From sequence record MT446390.1: 64,000 nt of DNA; one strand, written 5' to 3'. The notes beneath the pieces are model-generated. The model saw only the letters and a list, made by a program, of their open reading frames with translations, searched no databases and was not told the origin of the DNA. The DNA is from Escherichia phage TH12. The position numbers were made by a program, and so were the translations under genes. Numbering within the stretch: position 1 is the first letter of the stretch; each line of letters starts with the position of its first letter. Positions 9,982 to 20,790 of this stretch are shown here, piece after piece.

Positions 9982-10802
9982 AGCCTACTATTTTGACTGA
10001 TATTGATGGTGTATGTTTAAGCTGGCAATCTGGACTTCCTTATTTTGCCCAAAAATATAATCTTCCATTAGAACATATTTTAAAAATGATTCAGGACGAA
10101 AAATTTATTTCTCCTGGTAAACTATTCAATACCGATGATAACCTCGGTAAACAATTAATAGAAAAATATAATCGCTCTGATTTTATTCGTTACTTAGCGC
10201 CTTATTCGGATGCTCTTCGAGTTATCAATAAACTAAAAGAAGACTATAATTTTGTAGCCGTGACGGCGCTAGGTGATTCAATTGATGCTCGATTGAATAG
10301 ACAATTTAATTTGAATGCTTTGTTCCCAGGCGCTTTCTCTGAAGTAATGATGTGTGGTCATGATTCTTCAAAGGAACAATTATTCGAACTAGCTAAAACA
10401 AAATACAACGTGATTTGTTACGTTGACGATTTAGCTCATCACTGTGACCATGCGGCAGAAATTCTTAATGTACCGATTTATTGGTTGGCTCGTGGTGAAC
10501 GTGATGATATTCCTCGCACTGCACAACGTGTACACACATGGGATGATATTGAATCTCGTTTGGTTCTGCCTAAGAATAATTCAGATTCAGATCGTGAAGA
10601 CCTTTTAAAACGATTGGCGGATTTGCTTAAAGAATCTGGTGCAACAAGTCCAGGTGCATGGCCTAATCAAATTGGTGGCCCCTCGACAACACGTACTCCA
10701 TATACCTGGCGAACCCCAGGACCAACTGATATGCAGCCGTGGTGGACGATTCAAAACTTTCCTTTAGATTCGTCCAAATGGACTTGGTCTATAAATTGTT
10801 AA
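9978..10802 (+). CDS. HAD-superfamily phosphatase/nucleotidase-like protein (274 aa)
   Basis: N-terminal HAD motif I ILTDIDGV; start overlaps previous stop. Confidence 0.55.
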   Translation: MKPTILTDIDGVCLSWQSGLPYFAQKYNLPLEHILKMIQDEKFISPGKLFNTDDNLGKQLIEKYNRSDFIRYLAPYSDALRVINKLKEDYNFVAVTALGDSIDARLNRQFNLNALFPGAFSEVMMCGHDSSKEQLFELAKTKYNVICYVDDLAHHCDHAAEILNVPIYWLARGERDDIPRTAQRVHTWDDIESRLVLPKNNSDSDREDLLKRLADLLKESGATSPGAWPNQIGGPSTTRTPYTWRTPGPTDMQPWWTIQNFPLDSSKWTWSINC

Positions 10803-10811
10803 GGGCTAATT

Positions 10812-11081
10812 ATGTTTGTAGTTCATGATATTACAGATGGCAAAAACACCACACGTGACTACGGTCATGTTAACATGTTCTTTCGAGACTGGCCGGTGTT
10901 TCGTTCAGTAAAAGACGCAGAAATATTTAAAGAGTGTGTTGAACAAGGGTTCATCTACATTTCAGAATATTATGTTGAAGGACTCGGTAAATGGATTACC
11001 ACTTATCAGAAAACGCTGAAATCGCTTCTAGATGAAGTGGCTTATAATAGAACCGTAACCAAAATCGAGGACATCAAATGA
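10812..11081 (+). CDS. hypothetical protein (89 aa)
   Basis: ORF coupled to ligase start. Confidence 0.5.
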   Translation: MFVVHDITDGKNTTRDYGHVNMFFRDWPVFRSVKDAEIFKECVEQGFIYISEYYVEGLGKWITTYQKTLKSLLDEVAYNRTVTKIEDIK

Positions 11082-12571
11082 TTTTAGATATTTTAAACCA
11101 AATAGCTGCGATCGGTTCTACTAAAACAAAACAAGAAATCCTTAAGAAAAATAAGGACAACAAATTACTTGAACGTGTGTATCGTTTAACATATGCACGT
11201 GGTATCCAGTATTATATTAAGAAATGGCCAGGACCAGGTGAAAGGTCTCAAGCGTATGGTCTTCTTGAATTAGATGATATGTTGGATTTTATTGAGTTCA
11301 CATTAGCCACTCGTAAACTCACTGGTAATGCTGCAATTAAAGAGCTCATGGGTTATATCGCTGACGGTAAACCTGATGATGTAGAAGTCCTTCGTCGTGT
11401 AATGATGCGAGACCTTGAAGTAGGTGCTTCAGTGTCTATCGCGAATAAGGTGTGGCCTGGACTTATTCAATTGCAGCCACAGATGTTAGCATCTGCATAT
11501 GATGAGAAATTGATTACTAAAAATATTAAATGGCCTGCATTTGCCCAATTAAAGGCAGATGGTGCTCGTTGTTTCGCTGAAGTTCGCGATGATGGCGTTC
11601 AATTCTTTTCTCGTGCCGGTAACGAATACCATGGTCTTACTCTATTAGCAGATGAACTAATGGAAATGACTAAAGAAGCTCGTGAAAGACACCCTAATGG
11701 GGTTTTAATCGACGGTGAATTAGTTTATCATTCATTTGATATTAAAAAGGCTGTGAGCTCAGGAAATGACCTGTCGTTCTTATTTGGCGATAATGAAGAA
11801 TCCGAAGAAGTACAAGTTGCAGACCGTAGCACTTCAAATGGTTTAGCAAATAAATCTCTTCAAGGGACTATTTCTCCTAAAGAAGCGGAAGGTATGGTTC
11901 TTCAAGCCTGGGACTATGTTCCTTTAGATGAAGTCTACTCTGATGGCAAAATTAAAGGTCAGAAATACGATGTTCGTTTTGCTGCTCTTGAAAATATGGC
12001 TGAAGGCTTTAAGCGAATTGAGCCAATTGAAAATCAGTTAGTTCGTAATCTTGACGAAGCTAAAGTGGTTTATAAAAAATATGTTGACCAAGGTCTTGAA
12101 GGTATTATCCTTAAAAACCGTGATTCATATTGGGAAAACAAACGCTCTAAGAACCTAATTAAATTTAAAGAAGTTATTGATATCGCTTTAGAAGTTGTAG
12201 GATACTACGAACACTCTAAAGACCCTAACAAATTAGGTGGTGTCGAACTCGTATCACGTTGTCGTCGTATTACAACCGATTGTGGTTCAGGGTTTAAAGA
12301 CACAACTCATAAAACAGTTGATGGTGTAAAGGTTCTTATTCCTTTAGATGAGCGTCATGATTTAGACCGTGAACGATTAATGGCTGAAGCTCGTGAAGGT
12401 AAATTGATTGGACGTATTGCTGATTGCGAATGTAATGGTTGGGTTCATTCTAAAGGACGTGAAGGCACTGTAGGTATTTTCCTTCCAATTATTAAAGGGT
12501 TCCGTTTTGATAAAACAGAAGCGGATTCATTTGAAGACGTATTTGGACCGTGGTCCCAGACAGGTTTATAA
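11078..12571 (+). CDS. 30: ATP-dependent DNA ligase
   Basis: Adenylation motif LKADGAR; near full-length resemblance to T4 DNA ligase. Confidence 0.95.
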   Translation: MILDILNQIAAIGSTKTKQEILKKNKDNKLLERVYRLTYARGIQYYIKKWPGPGERSQAYGLLELDDMLDFIEFTLATRKLTGNAAIKELMGYIADGKPDDVEVLRRVMMRDLEVGASVSIANKVWPGLIQLQPQMLASAYDEKLITKNIKWPAFAQLKADGARCFAEVRDDGVQFFSRAGNEYHGLTLLADELMEMTKEARERHPNGVLIDGELVYHSFDIKKAVSSGNDLSFLFGDNEESEEVQVADRSTSNGLANKSLQGTISPKEAEGMVLQAWDYVPLDEVYSDGKIKGQKYDVRFAALENMAEGFKRIEPIENQLVRNLDEAKVVYKKYVDQGLEGIILKNRDSYWENKRSKNLIKFKEVIDIALEVVGYYEHSKDPNKLGGVELVSRCRRITTDCGSGFKDTTHKTVDGVKVLIPLDERHDLDRERLMAEAREGKLIGRIADCECNGWVHSKGREGTVGIFLPIIKGFRFDKTEADSFEDVFGPWSQTGL

Positions 12572-12759
12572 TGAAAGCTTATTTAGAAACAGTTATTGTA
12601 GCTAAGAAGGATGGTGGAGATGTTTCCACCTCTTGTTCCCAAATTGTATTAGATTTTCCTAATAACGATTCCTATCATATTTTTATGGATAATTTTGATA
12701 AGTACGAAAAAGGCCCTAATTTTGAAGTTTATCGTACTTTGCTTCCGATTGTGGATTAA
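12571..12759 (+). CDS. hypothetical protein (62 aa)
   Basis: ATG overlaps ligase stop (TAATG); the listed ORF start at 12550 is a GTG extension. Confidence 0.45.
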   Translation: MKAYLETVIVAKKDGGDVSTSCSQIVLDFPNNDSYHIFMDNFDKYEKGPNFEVYRTLLPIVD

Positions 12760-12780
12760 GAGCCTTCGGGCTCTTTTTGG
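12760..12780 (+). terminator. rho-independent terminator AGAGCC-UUCG-GGCUCU plus UUUUU
   Basis: Perfect 6 bp stem, UUCG loop, T5 tract. Confidence 0.7.
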
Positions 12781-12814
12781 CATAAATATAAATTATTACT
12801 AAAAGGAAAACACT

Positions 12815-14902
12815 ATGTCTGAACAATTAAATGAAGTGTTTGAATCTGAAGGCAGTCTTCCTGTCGTCAATTTGAACCCTAAAGCTAAAGTTCCACAAGT
12901 CTGGAAAATTGGTGATATCGATACAAACATCGTAGTTCGTTTATTCTCTTACCTTTCCGAAGGCGACGCTGTAAAACAAGTTAAACTTGGCGACAAATAC
13001 GCTCATGTTGTTATTATGAGTCTGTCTGAAAAGGGTAATCTCGCTGAATTGAAAAATGGCCTTGGTCCTGCTCCTATTGATGCAATCAACACCATTTTCA
13101 ATACAGTGTATGAACAGGTTAAAGCTCTTCGTATGGATGCAGTTCTGTTCCGATTCCCTACCAAGAAATTGAAAGGACGTGGACAACAACTTCAAACTCT
13201 TCTTGCTCGTCTAGTTTCTACTAAAACCGGTGGTCGTTTTAAAGTATTGTCTGCAATGTATCAATTCACAGGTAAACACACCTATGTGATGATGGTTCGT
13301 AAAAATGCCAACATTGAAGATATTAAAGGCATCCCTAACATTAACACAGAGTTGTACACGAAAGTAGATTCTGATGTTGGCGAAGTTTATGTGAGTAAAA
13401 AGACCGGCGAAAAAGTCACCAAAGAAACGGCTATCGCTGGTTCTATTGCTGCTGTAGAAGAAAAACGTAAAGATAAGCCTGTTATTGCTCGTACTAAAAT
13501 TTCTCGTCGTGCTATTGCAGCAAGTCAATCTTTAGAAGCTGACCGCCAAGAAGGTGAGTTATTCCAGAAATACGAAAATTCTGCTAAAGAAGTTAGTGGC
13601 CCGGCTACAGCTGAATTACTTCCTGAAGCATATGAAATCGTACTAGCCCAAGCATCGTCTACAGCAAAAGGCACTTTAGTTGCTGATATCGAAAATAAGA
13701 TTTATAATCGTATTGATGAATCATTTAAATTTGCTGATGAAGTTTCTTATGGTAGCGTTATTAAGCCGACTTTAGAAAAGTTTGCTAAGAAAATTAAAAC
13801 TGAAAAAACAACATCTGTTAAAGCATTAGCTGCTTTTGTTGAAGCTGCAAACGAAATTGCAGACTCTATTAGAGACGAATGGTTTGAAGATTTTAGACGA
13901 GATAATTTCCAACTGGCTGACGACGTTTTAGCTGAAGTATCTGAAAAAACTTGGAAACAACGTAAATCGGCGTTCTTGTCTAATGTGATGTATACTTATG
14001 CACGAGAATCGGCTAGAGGCACCTTTAATATAACAATGAATCGGGACCCTAAACAATACTCTGTTGCTGAAAAACGAGCTATTCGTGAATATGCCTCTTC
14101 TGCGTATACCGATATCAATAATATGTTGTTAGGTCGTTATAAACCGGATTTTTATGATGTTGCAGATGAAGATGAAGTTAAACGCGCTATTGATGGTCTT
14201 GATTCGGCGTTTTTAAATGGAGACCGTTTACCTGAAGGACTAACGTTATATAGAGCTCAGTCTATCAGAATGCCTATTTATGAAGCAATGGTTAAAAATA
14301 AGGTATTCTACTTCAGAAACTATGTTTCCACTTCACTAGCTCCTATTATTTTTGGCGGGTTTAAAGAGAACGTTGCCCTTGGACTTGCTCCTGAAGAAGT
14401 TCGTAAAGAGCTTAACATTGACAATAATGACGAAGGTGTTACTATTTCTCCTAGTCAAGTAAGAACAGCTATGCACGCACCAGAACAAATCCGTGTTAAC
14501 GTTGGATGGGCTATTGATGGCGCCCATAAAGTTAACGTGATTTATCCAGGACAGTTGAGTAATCACCCTAATGAGCAAGAAATTATTTTGCCTAGAGGCA
14601 TTCTCTTGCAGATAAATAAAATTACAGATGCGTCATCTGACACTGGTGCAGGTTTAGAATCCAACCTTAAATTTATTCAAGCTGAAGTCATGTCCTCAGA
14701 CCAGTTGGATGAAGCGGTCATTTACGATGGTGATGTTCTCATGGAAACAGGCGAGGTGGTTGCTATGACGGGTGAAATCGAATCAGATGAGCCGGTATCA
14801 TTCTCCTCATTTGTAGAAAAAACTAGTGCTCCTAAAGGATTGAAACTGTTAGCATCTTTAATGGATTTGGAATCGGTTCCGTTTAAATTTGTTCAAGGAT
14901 AG
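12815..14902 (+). CDS. alt: Alt ADP-ribosyltransferase (virion-packaged, modifies host RNA polymerase)
   Basis: Collinear with T4 Alt; C-terminal R-S-E ART signature (YRAQS, STS in YVSTSLAP, EQE in NEQEIILPRG). Confidence 0.9.
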   Translation: MSEQLNEVFESEGSLPVVNLNPKAKVPQVWKIGDIDTNIVVRLFSYLSEGDAVKQVKLGDKYAHVVIMSLSEKGNLAELKNGLGPAPIDAINTIFNTVYEQVKALRMDAVLFRFPTKKLKGRGQQLQTLLARLVSTKTGGRFKVLSAMYQFTGKHTYVMMVRKNANIEDIKGIPNINTELYTKVDSDVGEVYVSKKTGEKVTKETAIAGSIAAVEEKRKDKPVIARTKISRRAIAASQSLEADRQEGELFQKYENSAKEVSGPATAELLPEAYEIVLAQASSTAKGTLVADIENKIYNRIDESFKFADEVSYGSVIKPTLEKFAKKIKTEKTTSVKALAAFVEAANEIADSIRDEWFEDFRRDNFQLADDVLAEVSEKTWKQRKSAFLSNVMYTYARESARGTFNITMNRDPKQYSVAEKRAIREYASSAYTDINNMLLGRYKPDFYDVADEDEVKRAIDGLDSAFLNGDRLPEGLTLYRAQSIRMPIYEAMVKNKVFYFRNYVSTSLAPIIFGGFKENVALGLAPEEVRKELNIDNNDEGVTISPSQVRTAMHAPEQIRVNVGWAIDGAHKVNVIYPGQLSNHPNEQEIILPRGILLQINKITDASSDTGAGLESNLKFIQAEVMSSDQLDEAVIYDGDVLMETGEVVAMTGEIESDEPVSFSSFVEKTSAPKGLKLLASLMDLESVPFKFVQG

Positions 14903-14931
14903 TTTACAAACACATGGATGTGTGATACTAT
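14902..14931 (+). promoter_or_regulatory. T4-type early promoter
   Basis: GTTTAC 14902-14907, TACTAT 14926-14931, then TCATCCCATCAA and GAGGAAA RBS. Confidence 0.55.
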
Positions 14932-14960
14932 CATCCCATCAACAACATGAGGAAAACGTT

Positions 14961-15254
14961 ATGAAATCTATGCTTCGCTTTAATGGTCAAGAACTAGTAG
15001 TTGAAGATGCCATCCCAGCGGATGATGTTTTTAACGAAGCTGTGATTGACGAATTGAATCGAGTATTCCCAGGTGCATTCCATATTGCTATGGAACCTCT
15101 TAAAAACTTTCGTGACCCTGAACACACTGACCAAATTTTTATCGGTGTAGTGACAGGTCATTTAGAAACAGAGGTACCAATGGTCGTATTAGTTAAATAC
15201 TCTAAAGATGATACTCCATTCCGAGCACCAGCATTCCTTTCATTCCGTAAATAA
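14961..15254 (+). CDS. hypothetical protein (97 aa, alt-adjacent)
   Basis: ATG at 14961 after RBS; the listed ORF start at 14889 overlaps the promoter. Confidence 0.55.
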   Translation: MKSMLRFNGQELVVEDAIPADDVFNEAVIDELNRVFPGAFHIAMEPLKNFRDPEHTDQIFIGVVTGHLETEVPMVVLVKYSKDDTPFRAPAFLSFRK

Positions 15255-15263
15255 ACCCCTAAA

Positions 15264-15286
15264 GGGAGACGTTGTCTCCCTTTTTT
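15264..15286. terminator. bidirectional terminator hairpin GGGAGA-CGUUG-UCUCCC plus U6
   Basis: GC-rich stem followed by TTTTTT on plus strand; lies between convergent genes. Confidence 0.65.
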
Positions 15287-15287
15287 C

Positions 15288-16250
15288 TTATAGTCCTAAA
15301 ACTCTTGACGCAGAATTCACCACACCTGTCAATGTGTTTATATTAGACACACCTCCAGCAGTCCCACCTAATCTAGAAAGTCTTGATACTGCACTTCCTA
15401 GACCAGAATCATTCTGATTATTTCCAAACATTCCTGAAACACTACTAATAAGTCCTGATTCCAGCCATTCTAAAGCAGCCTGTCTATTTACAGCACCTGA
15501 TTGCATAACGCGATAAGCAAATGTTACATCAAAAACTGTTATCTGATTATCACCATCATACGTTAACTCAGGAGAAGAGACGCTAACAGGAATACATCCA
15601 GTGAACATGACAGCGGTATGTGGTAAACCATTTCGCGCATGTAAATTAACCTGAATATCTGCTTCGACGTCTTGTGGTAAAGCGCGAAGTCCTGTTACAG
15701 GGTCTTGGACCGAGTTTACCCAGTCTTGCATTGCTCTAAAGTTAGATGCTTCGGAATCCATTCTAAAGCTTATTACTAATGGGTCCATTTCTCTGCCGGT
15801 AATTCGGATGTTCGGGGAGTTATAGTTGAAATCCGTTTCATAAGATAATCGGTTCTCAGGCATTTTTACAGAATAAATCATTAAACCTGTATTATTATAT
15901 GCCATATTGAAGAAGTCTATCAGATAAGATCCTACCGTGAACTCACCTAACAAGCTTTGTACCGTACGTTGGCTCATTGCTCCAATCAGATATTTACTTA
16001 TACCTGATTTTCGAATTAATTTCTGTGTTCCTGCTGTAATCAGGGTTGTTACGCCCTGATTGATATCACCTTGAGTTAATCCTAACCAATCAGAATCCAA
16101 CCCTAAGTTATTATAAGCAAAACTACCAATTGACGAAATTAGTGAAGATGATTTGGTCGATGGCGTAGTAGCAAATACACAACTAAACATATTGTTTCGT
16201 TGGAAATCTGCATTTATAGCTTGGTTATTAAATTCTTCTAAAGAGTACAT
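15288..16250 (-). CDS. 54: baseplate tail tube initiator
   Basis: Near full-length resemblance to T4 gp54 (MYSLEEFNNQAINADFQRNNMF...). Confidence 0.93.
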   Translation of the reverse strand: MYSLEEFNNQAINADFQRNNMFSCVFATTPSTKSSSLISSIGSFAYNNLGLDSDWLGLTQGDINQGVTTLITAGTQKLIRKSGISKYLIGAMSQRTVQSLLGEFTVGSYLIDFFNMAYNNTGLMIYSVKMPENRLSYETDFNYNSPNIRITGREMDPLVISFRMDSEASNFRAMQDWVNSVQDPVTGLRALPQDVEADIQVNLHARNGLPHTAVMFTGCIPVSVSSPELTYDGDNQITVFDVTFAYRVMQSGAVNRQAALEWLESGLISSVSGMFGNNQNDSGLGSAVSRLSRLGGTAGGVSNINTLTGVVNSASRVLGL

Positions 16251-17359
16251 TAGAAAGTCCCCGCATAAAGTGAAGAACGGTTTAATGTAATAATTTCTCG
16301 CATTGTTATCTCTAACGTAAATGTTGACGGTAAGTTAGGAGCAACAGCGAGACCATTAAATTGTCCATTTGGAGTTTTATCAAAACGTACGCTTTGAATT
16401 TGGCATGGACCAAATACGTCAGTTAATCCATCAAATTTAGACGTATACCCAAAGTTTTTAACCATCCAAATTGTAGGGTTGCTTACAACTAATACATTTG
16501 TTAATGACGCAGTAATCTTTTCAAACAATGTCTTATTTTTTACTGCATCATCTGGCGTCATAGGCTCAATAAACGTTGAACGGTACCATTCGTCTAAATA
16601 ACTTTTAATCTCTTGGGCGTACTGTGATTTACCGGTCTCACCATATGAGAAATAGTTAAAATACTGGTAAATGTTTATAATAGCCATAAGGTCTTCAGTT
16701 GAACGTGGAGTTAAATCCCATGTAAAGACTTTAGTACGGTTCTCAGCACCGCCATACATACTACGAGAAGTCGTATAAATCTGCTCGTTATTATCAGCCA
16801 TAAGCCCTTGAGTAATAGAATCTAATGCACCAAAAACTGCAGTAGAAGCAATGTTACTTAAAACACCTGTAGCAGTACCTCCACCTTTAGTAATAAGGCT
16901 ATCACCGATATCATTAAAACGATGTGAAGTTGTATCAACGTCAGATTTGGAACGTGGCAAAAGTATATTAGCAACAGGAGTTTTATTTATAGTAGACTTA
17001 TTAGCTCCGGCAGGAAGCAATCCATTTGAGAATTTAGTCACCGCATCTTTCACATTATCAGTTAAATCTGATATGATACCATTAGATGAAGTCCCGGCAT
17101 ACGCCGGACGTAAATTCCTGAGGGATCCTGAATCGCGTGCAGACATATTGTACGCGGTAAATAATAATCCATTCTTATAAAGGTCTGTTACCTGGAAGTC
17201 TCCTGTGGAGTCATTTCCGGCTGCTCTTCCTGTAGGAAATTGAGCAACATAAGTTTTAGTAGTTGTTTCGGTTTTAGTGCTTTGCCCAGCACTTTCTGAG
17301 ACTGGGATTGCTTTATTTAAATCCTTTGCATCTACTACTATTTCTTTTACACTAATCAT
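16250..17359 (-). CDS. 48: baseplate tail tube cap
   Basis: Synteny and resemblance to T4 gp48. Confidence 0.9.
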   Translation of the reverse strand: MISVKEIVVDAKDLNKAIPVSESAGQSTKTETTTKTYVAQFPTGRAAGNDSTGDFQVTDLYKNGLLFTAYNMSARDSGSLRNLRPAYAGTSSNGIISDLTDNVKDAVTKFSNGLLPAGANKSTINKTPVANILLPRSKSDVDTTSHRFNDIGDSLITKGGGTATGVLSNIASTAVFGALDSITQGLMADNNEQIYTTSRSMYGGAENRTKVFTWDLTPRSTEDLMAIINIYQYFNYFSYGETGKSQYAQEIKSYLDEWYRSTFIEPMTPDDAVKNKTLFEKITASLTNVLVVSNPTIWMVKNFGYTSKFDGLTDVFGPCQIQSVRFDKTPNGQFNGLAVAPNLPSTFTLEITMREIITLNRSSLYAGTF

Positions 17360-17367
17360 AATAATCC

Positions 17368-19140
17368 TTAATTAACACCGGTGGCATGGAAAATTCCAGG
17401 AGCCGTTGTACTTGTTACAGGGGTCATATTCTGGACTACGGTATTCTTTTTGACGACATTATTTGTGTTACTAATCGCCGCTACCGGTTGCTGTTGTTTA
17501 GATTCAGAAGCACGTCCTTTCTCTATTGACTGAACTTGTTTTGCTTCCGGAGATTTAGTCGAAGATTCAGGCTTAACTGTTGTCTGAGCCTTTTTGGCTT
17601 CAGCCATTTTATTATTTAGCTTTTCAAATCTAGCATCTATTTCCTTTTTAACAACAGGAGTTTTATTAAGTTCAGGGTCTTTAATAAGTTTACTTAAATC
17701 AGCATAAGACTTCTCGACGTTTTTAGCATTTTCCGGATTAGTCATATCGATTTTATCGATATAATCCTCAAATCTAACCAGTGCAGCACGAGTTTCATTC
17801 GCTTTTATATACGCCTCTTTACGTTCCTCTTCAGGTAACTCTTTTAATTTTGCTGATTCCGCAGCGCGCTCATCACTTGTACTAAACTCTTCTTTATTGT
17901 CGTTACCACGAACCCAGTTAGTAACGAATGTTTTGCCGCGTTGTAACATATCAAGACCTTTAGAAACGGTTCCTAATTCCCCGTCGTCACGCTTCATTTG
18001 ATATTTAGCGACTTTCTCTTGGTCTTCTTTCTTTAATTTGTTCCCAGTAGTTTCTTGGAATCCTTCTAAAGCACGTCCTTCTATTTCGTCTGCGGTATCA
18101 CCAAAACCTATAGCACGCAATATAGACGCGGAGAGTTTAGCCATTCCTAATTGAATTAGTTCACCTAAGTTCATTAATGCTGTTCCTACACCTTTGACAA
18201 TAGCAACGGTTAAACCACCCCAGTCTCCGGCTTCCCACAATTGTTTTATCGAGTCAATAGAAGTGAATATATCACTTAAGAATTTACCCCACTCTTTAGC
18301 TTCATCGGAGAATTTAGTAAAGTTTTCATCAAATAAATCCCAGGCAGAAGTGAACTTGTCTGTCCAATATTTGAAATGGACTATCAATAAATCAATACCG
18401 ATAACAATACCAAGAATAAGTGCGGCCATTTTTGCTGCTTCAATAGCAGCCGTTATAGTGTATTTGAAAAGCATTCCAGCAATTCTGTCTGAAATTGATA
18501 TTGATTTATTAAACCCGGTTTGAACTGTTTTAGTGAGCATTGCAATTTTATCGCTCAATTTAAAGCTAATACCGCCTTTAGAATCGGAAGTAGAATTAGC
18601 ACTTTCTTGAACCGGTGCTGGGAAGAAATCTTCGTCTGGCTTATTATCAATCTTTTCAGGTGTAGGTAATGCTTTAAACAACTCATCAGAAGTTTCGTTC
18701 TCAACCACTTTAACAGGTATTGCGTTCTCAATTACTTCAAGAGAGGTGCCTCCTGTATTTTGAATAGCGGTAGATGTTTGTAATTTTTGCTCTAATAATG
18801 TAGCTAATCGGTCTAACTTAGAGCTTATTGCACTAGAAACTTCATTTATACTTTTAGTGACTTCAGTTTGTTTTTCAATAACTTCTGCGATAAGCTCTGT
18901 GCCTTCAGCAGTATTATCTGTCGAATTCTTTAAGTCTCCAATTGATTCAATAATTCCATTGCCTTTATCTTCTACACTTTGTGATGTGAGTTCAGACGCG
19001 GCTTGGACATCGTCTAGTTTTGATGAAATGTCATTCAATGCTTCTAACGAATCGGTAGCTGCTGTTGCAGCTACTTTTTGTGGTTTATTATCGGCAATGA
19101 CCTTATTTCTACGCATGGATTTCATTTCTTCAGGTTTCAT
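17368..19140 (-). CDS. 29: baseplate hub subunit / tail length determinator
   Basis: 590 aa, synteny and resemblance to T4 gp29. Confidence 0.9.
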   Translation of the reverse strand: MKPEEMKSMRRNKVIADNKPQKVAATAATDSLEALNDISSKLDDVQAASELTSQSVEDKGNGIIESIGDLKNSTDNTAEGTELIAEVIEKQTEVTKSINEVSSAISSKLDRLATLLEQKLQTSTAIQNTGGTSLEVIENAIPVKVVENETSDELFKALPTPEKIDNKPDEDFFPAPVQESANSTSDSKGGISFKLSDKIAMLTKTVQTGFNKSISISDRIAGMLFKYTITAAIEAAKMAALILGIVIGIDLLIVHFKYWTDKFTSAWDLFDENFTKFSDEAKEWGKFLSDIFTSIDSIKQLWEAGDWGGLTVAIVKGVGTALMNLGELIQLGMAKLSASILRAIGFGDTADEIEGRALEGFQETTGNKLKKEDQEKVAKYQMKRDDGELGTVSKGLDMLQRGKTFVTNWVRGNDNKEEFSTSDERAAESAKLKELPEEERKEAYIKANETRAALVRFEDYIDKIDMTNPENAKNVEKSYADLSKLIKDPELNKTPVVKKEIDARFEKLNNKMAEAKKAQTTVKPESSTKSPEAKQVQSIEKGRASESKQQQPVAAISNTNNVVKKNTVVQNMTPVTSTTAPGIFHATGVN

Positions 19141-19670
19141 TCAAGCAATCCAATAATTTCTGCTATACCCTTAATAGGGCCATTAGGGCCTGGAATAGCA
19201 ATGGTTGTCGAAAGGTCTTCTGCCCATTTGATTACAAAAGCAGGCATCTCAAGGAAAGAAATTTCTTTCTCTTCGTCATTAACTTTTATTAAGCAATTTG
19301 ATAGCATTTCACTGATTGTAGCGAATTGTTCAAATTTGCCTGGGGGTCTAAAATAAAAAGTATTACCTTGAAATTGGAATTCTGTTCGTTGGCATACATA
19401 GACGTCATCTAGTTTATAAGTGAATCCATCTTTTTCAACTTCAGACTTAAGTTTGTTATTAAATTCCAATATGTGTAGACATGCAAAATCAAAATCTGCC
19501 GGACTCATATTTTTACAAATAGAATCAGCTAAGATTTTCATGTTTTCGTCAGGACCTTTAACGTCCTTTAAAAGATTATAATGTTTGAGCCCTAATTTGG
19601 GAATCATTACCTTTTTATTAGACTGTGGTAGAATTATTTTCTTTAGAGGTAGAATCAGATTTAAGTTCAT
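19137..19670 (-). CDS. 28: baseplate hub distal subunit
   Basis: 177 aa, synteny with T4 gp28. Confidence 0.88.
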   Translation of the reverse strand: MNLNLILPLKKIILPQSNKKVMIPKLGLKHYNLLKDVKGPDENMKILADSICKNMSPADFDFACLHILEFNNKLKSEVEKDGFTYKLDDVYVCQRTEFQFQGNTFYFRPPGKFEQFATISEMLSNCLIKVNDEEKEISFLEMPAFVIKWAEDLSTTIAIPGPNGPIKGIAEIIGLLE

Positions 19671-20790
19671 TTTTAACCTTAACTGGGTTAACAGGTTCTA
19701 ACACCATTGAGTTGGTAAACATGTACAGATGAGTTTGTGAGTTGTTATTTGATAACTCATGAATAACTTCATCCACGTAAAATTCGGATTTGAATTGGTT
19801 CTTTTGGTCAACAAATATAATTTTAGTAGCAGGCGTTATGTTAAAATTGCCTGTAGTAGTGCATTTAGCATAACCGTCGTATTGAGCCATTGTCTGAAGA
19901 CGACTTGCTTCTTCAAATCCATTACGATAGGTCATTTCAGAATATCCACCAGATCTTGACACAAGAATAGCATTATCACCATCACCTGTAACAATAACCG
20001 GAATAGATGTATCTAAAAATGAATGGGCGAATATTGTGGCGTTTTTAATAGGGTCTCTTGTAAATTGGTTGGCTTTAGTCATCCAGGTAAAATCCCATAC
20101 TAATGGATACTCAAGCTCTTGAATATACTGACCTACGGTATTTGGCTCACCTACAATCATCTTAATGCCTTCCTGACCAATAAGAGTATCATAGTCAATC
20201 ATGTTTACGCCTAAAATATCTTGCCATACGAATACGAACTTATCACTCGCTGTAGCAAGTCCTAATTCTCTGACATATGCCAAATAATCATCAAATGTGC
20301 TTGTCCAAGGAATATCAGGAACATAAGCATTAATAGTGTTTATTGGCGGAGTAATTAACGTACGGTCTTTGTATATGACACCTAGCATTTCACGTATAGA
20401 TTCGCCTGCGTCTGGGAAGAATGGTCGCCCAAATTTAAGGTTCTCTATAGAATGTATTGTTCCAAGCTCAATTGCAATAATATTGTCACCTTTTGAGTCC
20501 ACAGACACAGAATAATGTCTACATCCGTAAATTCGAGTTCTAACTTGGAGAGGTGTGTTTGAATTTGAAACAGAGATTTGGACTATCTGTCTACCATCCA
20601 TTTTAGTGTGGATGTTTTTAGTGTCATAAAATTGAAGAATCCCTTCATTTCTTCCATATAGTGAATCTCGCATGGTTAAAGTTGTTATTGTTGCCGCGAG
20701 TTCAACGTATCTATTTTCTTGCCAAGCCGAATAATCTTGATATAATTTAACGCTTAAGTTAGGATATCCTGGACGTTGGAATACTGTCAT
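19618..20790 (-). CDS. 27: baseplate hub subunit
   Basis: 390 aa, synteny and resemblance to T4 gp27. Confidence 0.9.
   Translation of the reverse strand: MTVFQRPGYPNLSVKLYQDYSAWQENRYVELAATITTLTMRDSLYGRNEGILQFYDTKNIHTKMDGRQIVQISVSNSNTPLQVRTRIYGCRHYSVSVDSKGDNIIAIELGTIHSIENLKFGRPFFPDAGESIREMLGVIYKDRTLITPPINTINAYVPDIPWTSTFDDYLAYVRELGLATASDKFVFVWQDILGVNMIDYDTLIGQEGIKMIVGEPNTVGQYIQELEYPLVWDFTWMTKANQFTRDPIKNATIFAHSFLDTSIPVIVTGDGDNAILVSRSGGYSEMTYRNGFEEASRLQTMAQYDGYAKCTTTGNFNITPATKIIFVDQKNQFKSEFYVDEVIHELSNNNSQTHLYMFTNSMVLEPVNPVKVKNELKSDSTSKENNSTTV

Noticed and set aside
12781-12800. TATAAATT upstream of alt resembling a late promoter
   Set aside because: One mismatch to the invariant TATAAATA late promoter core; not called.
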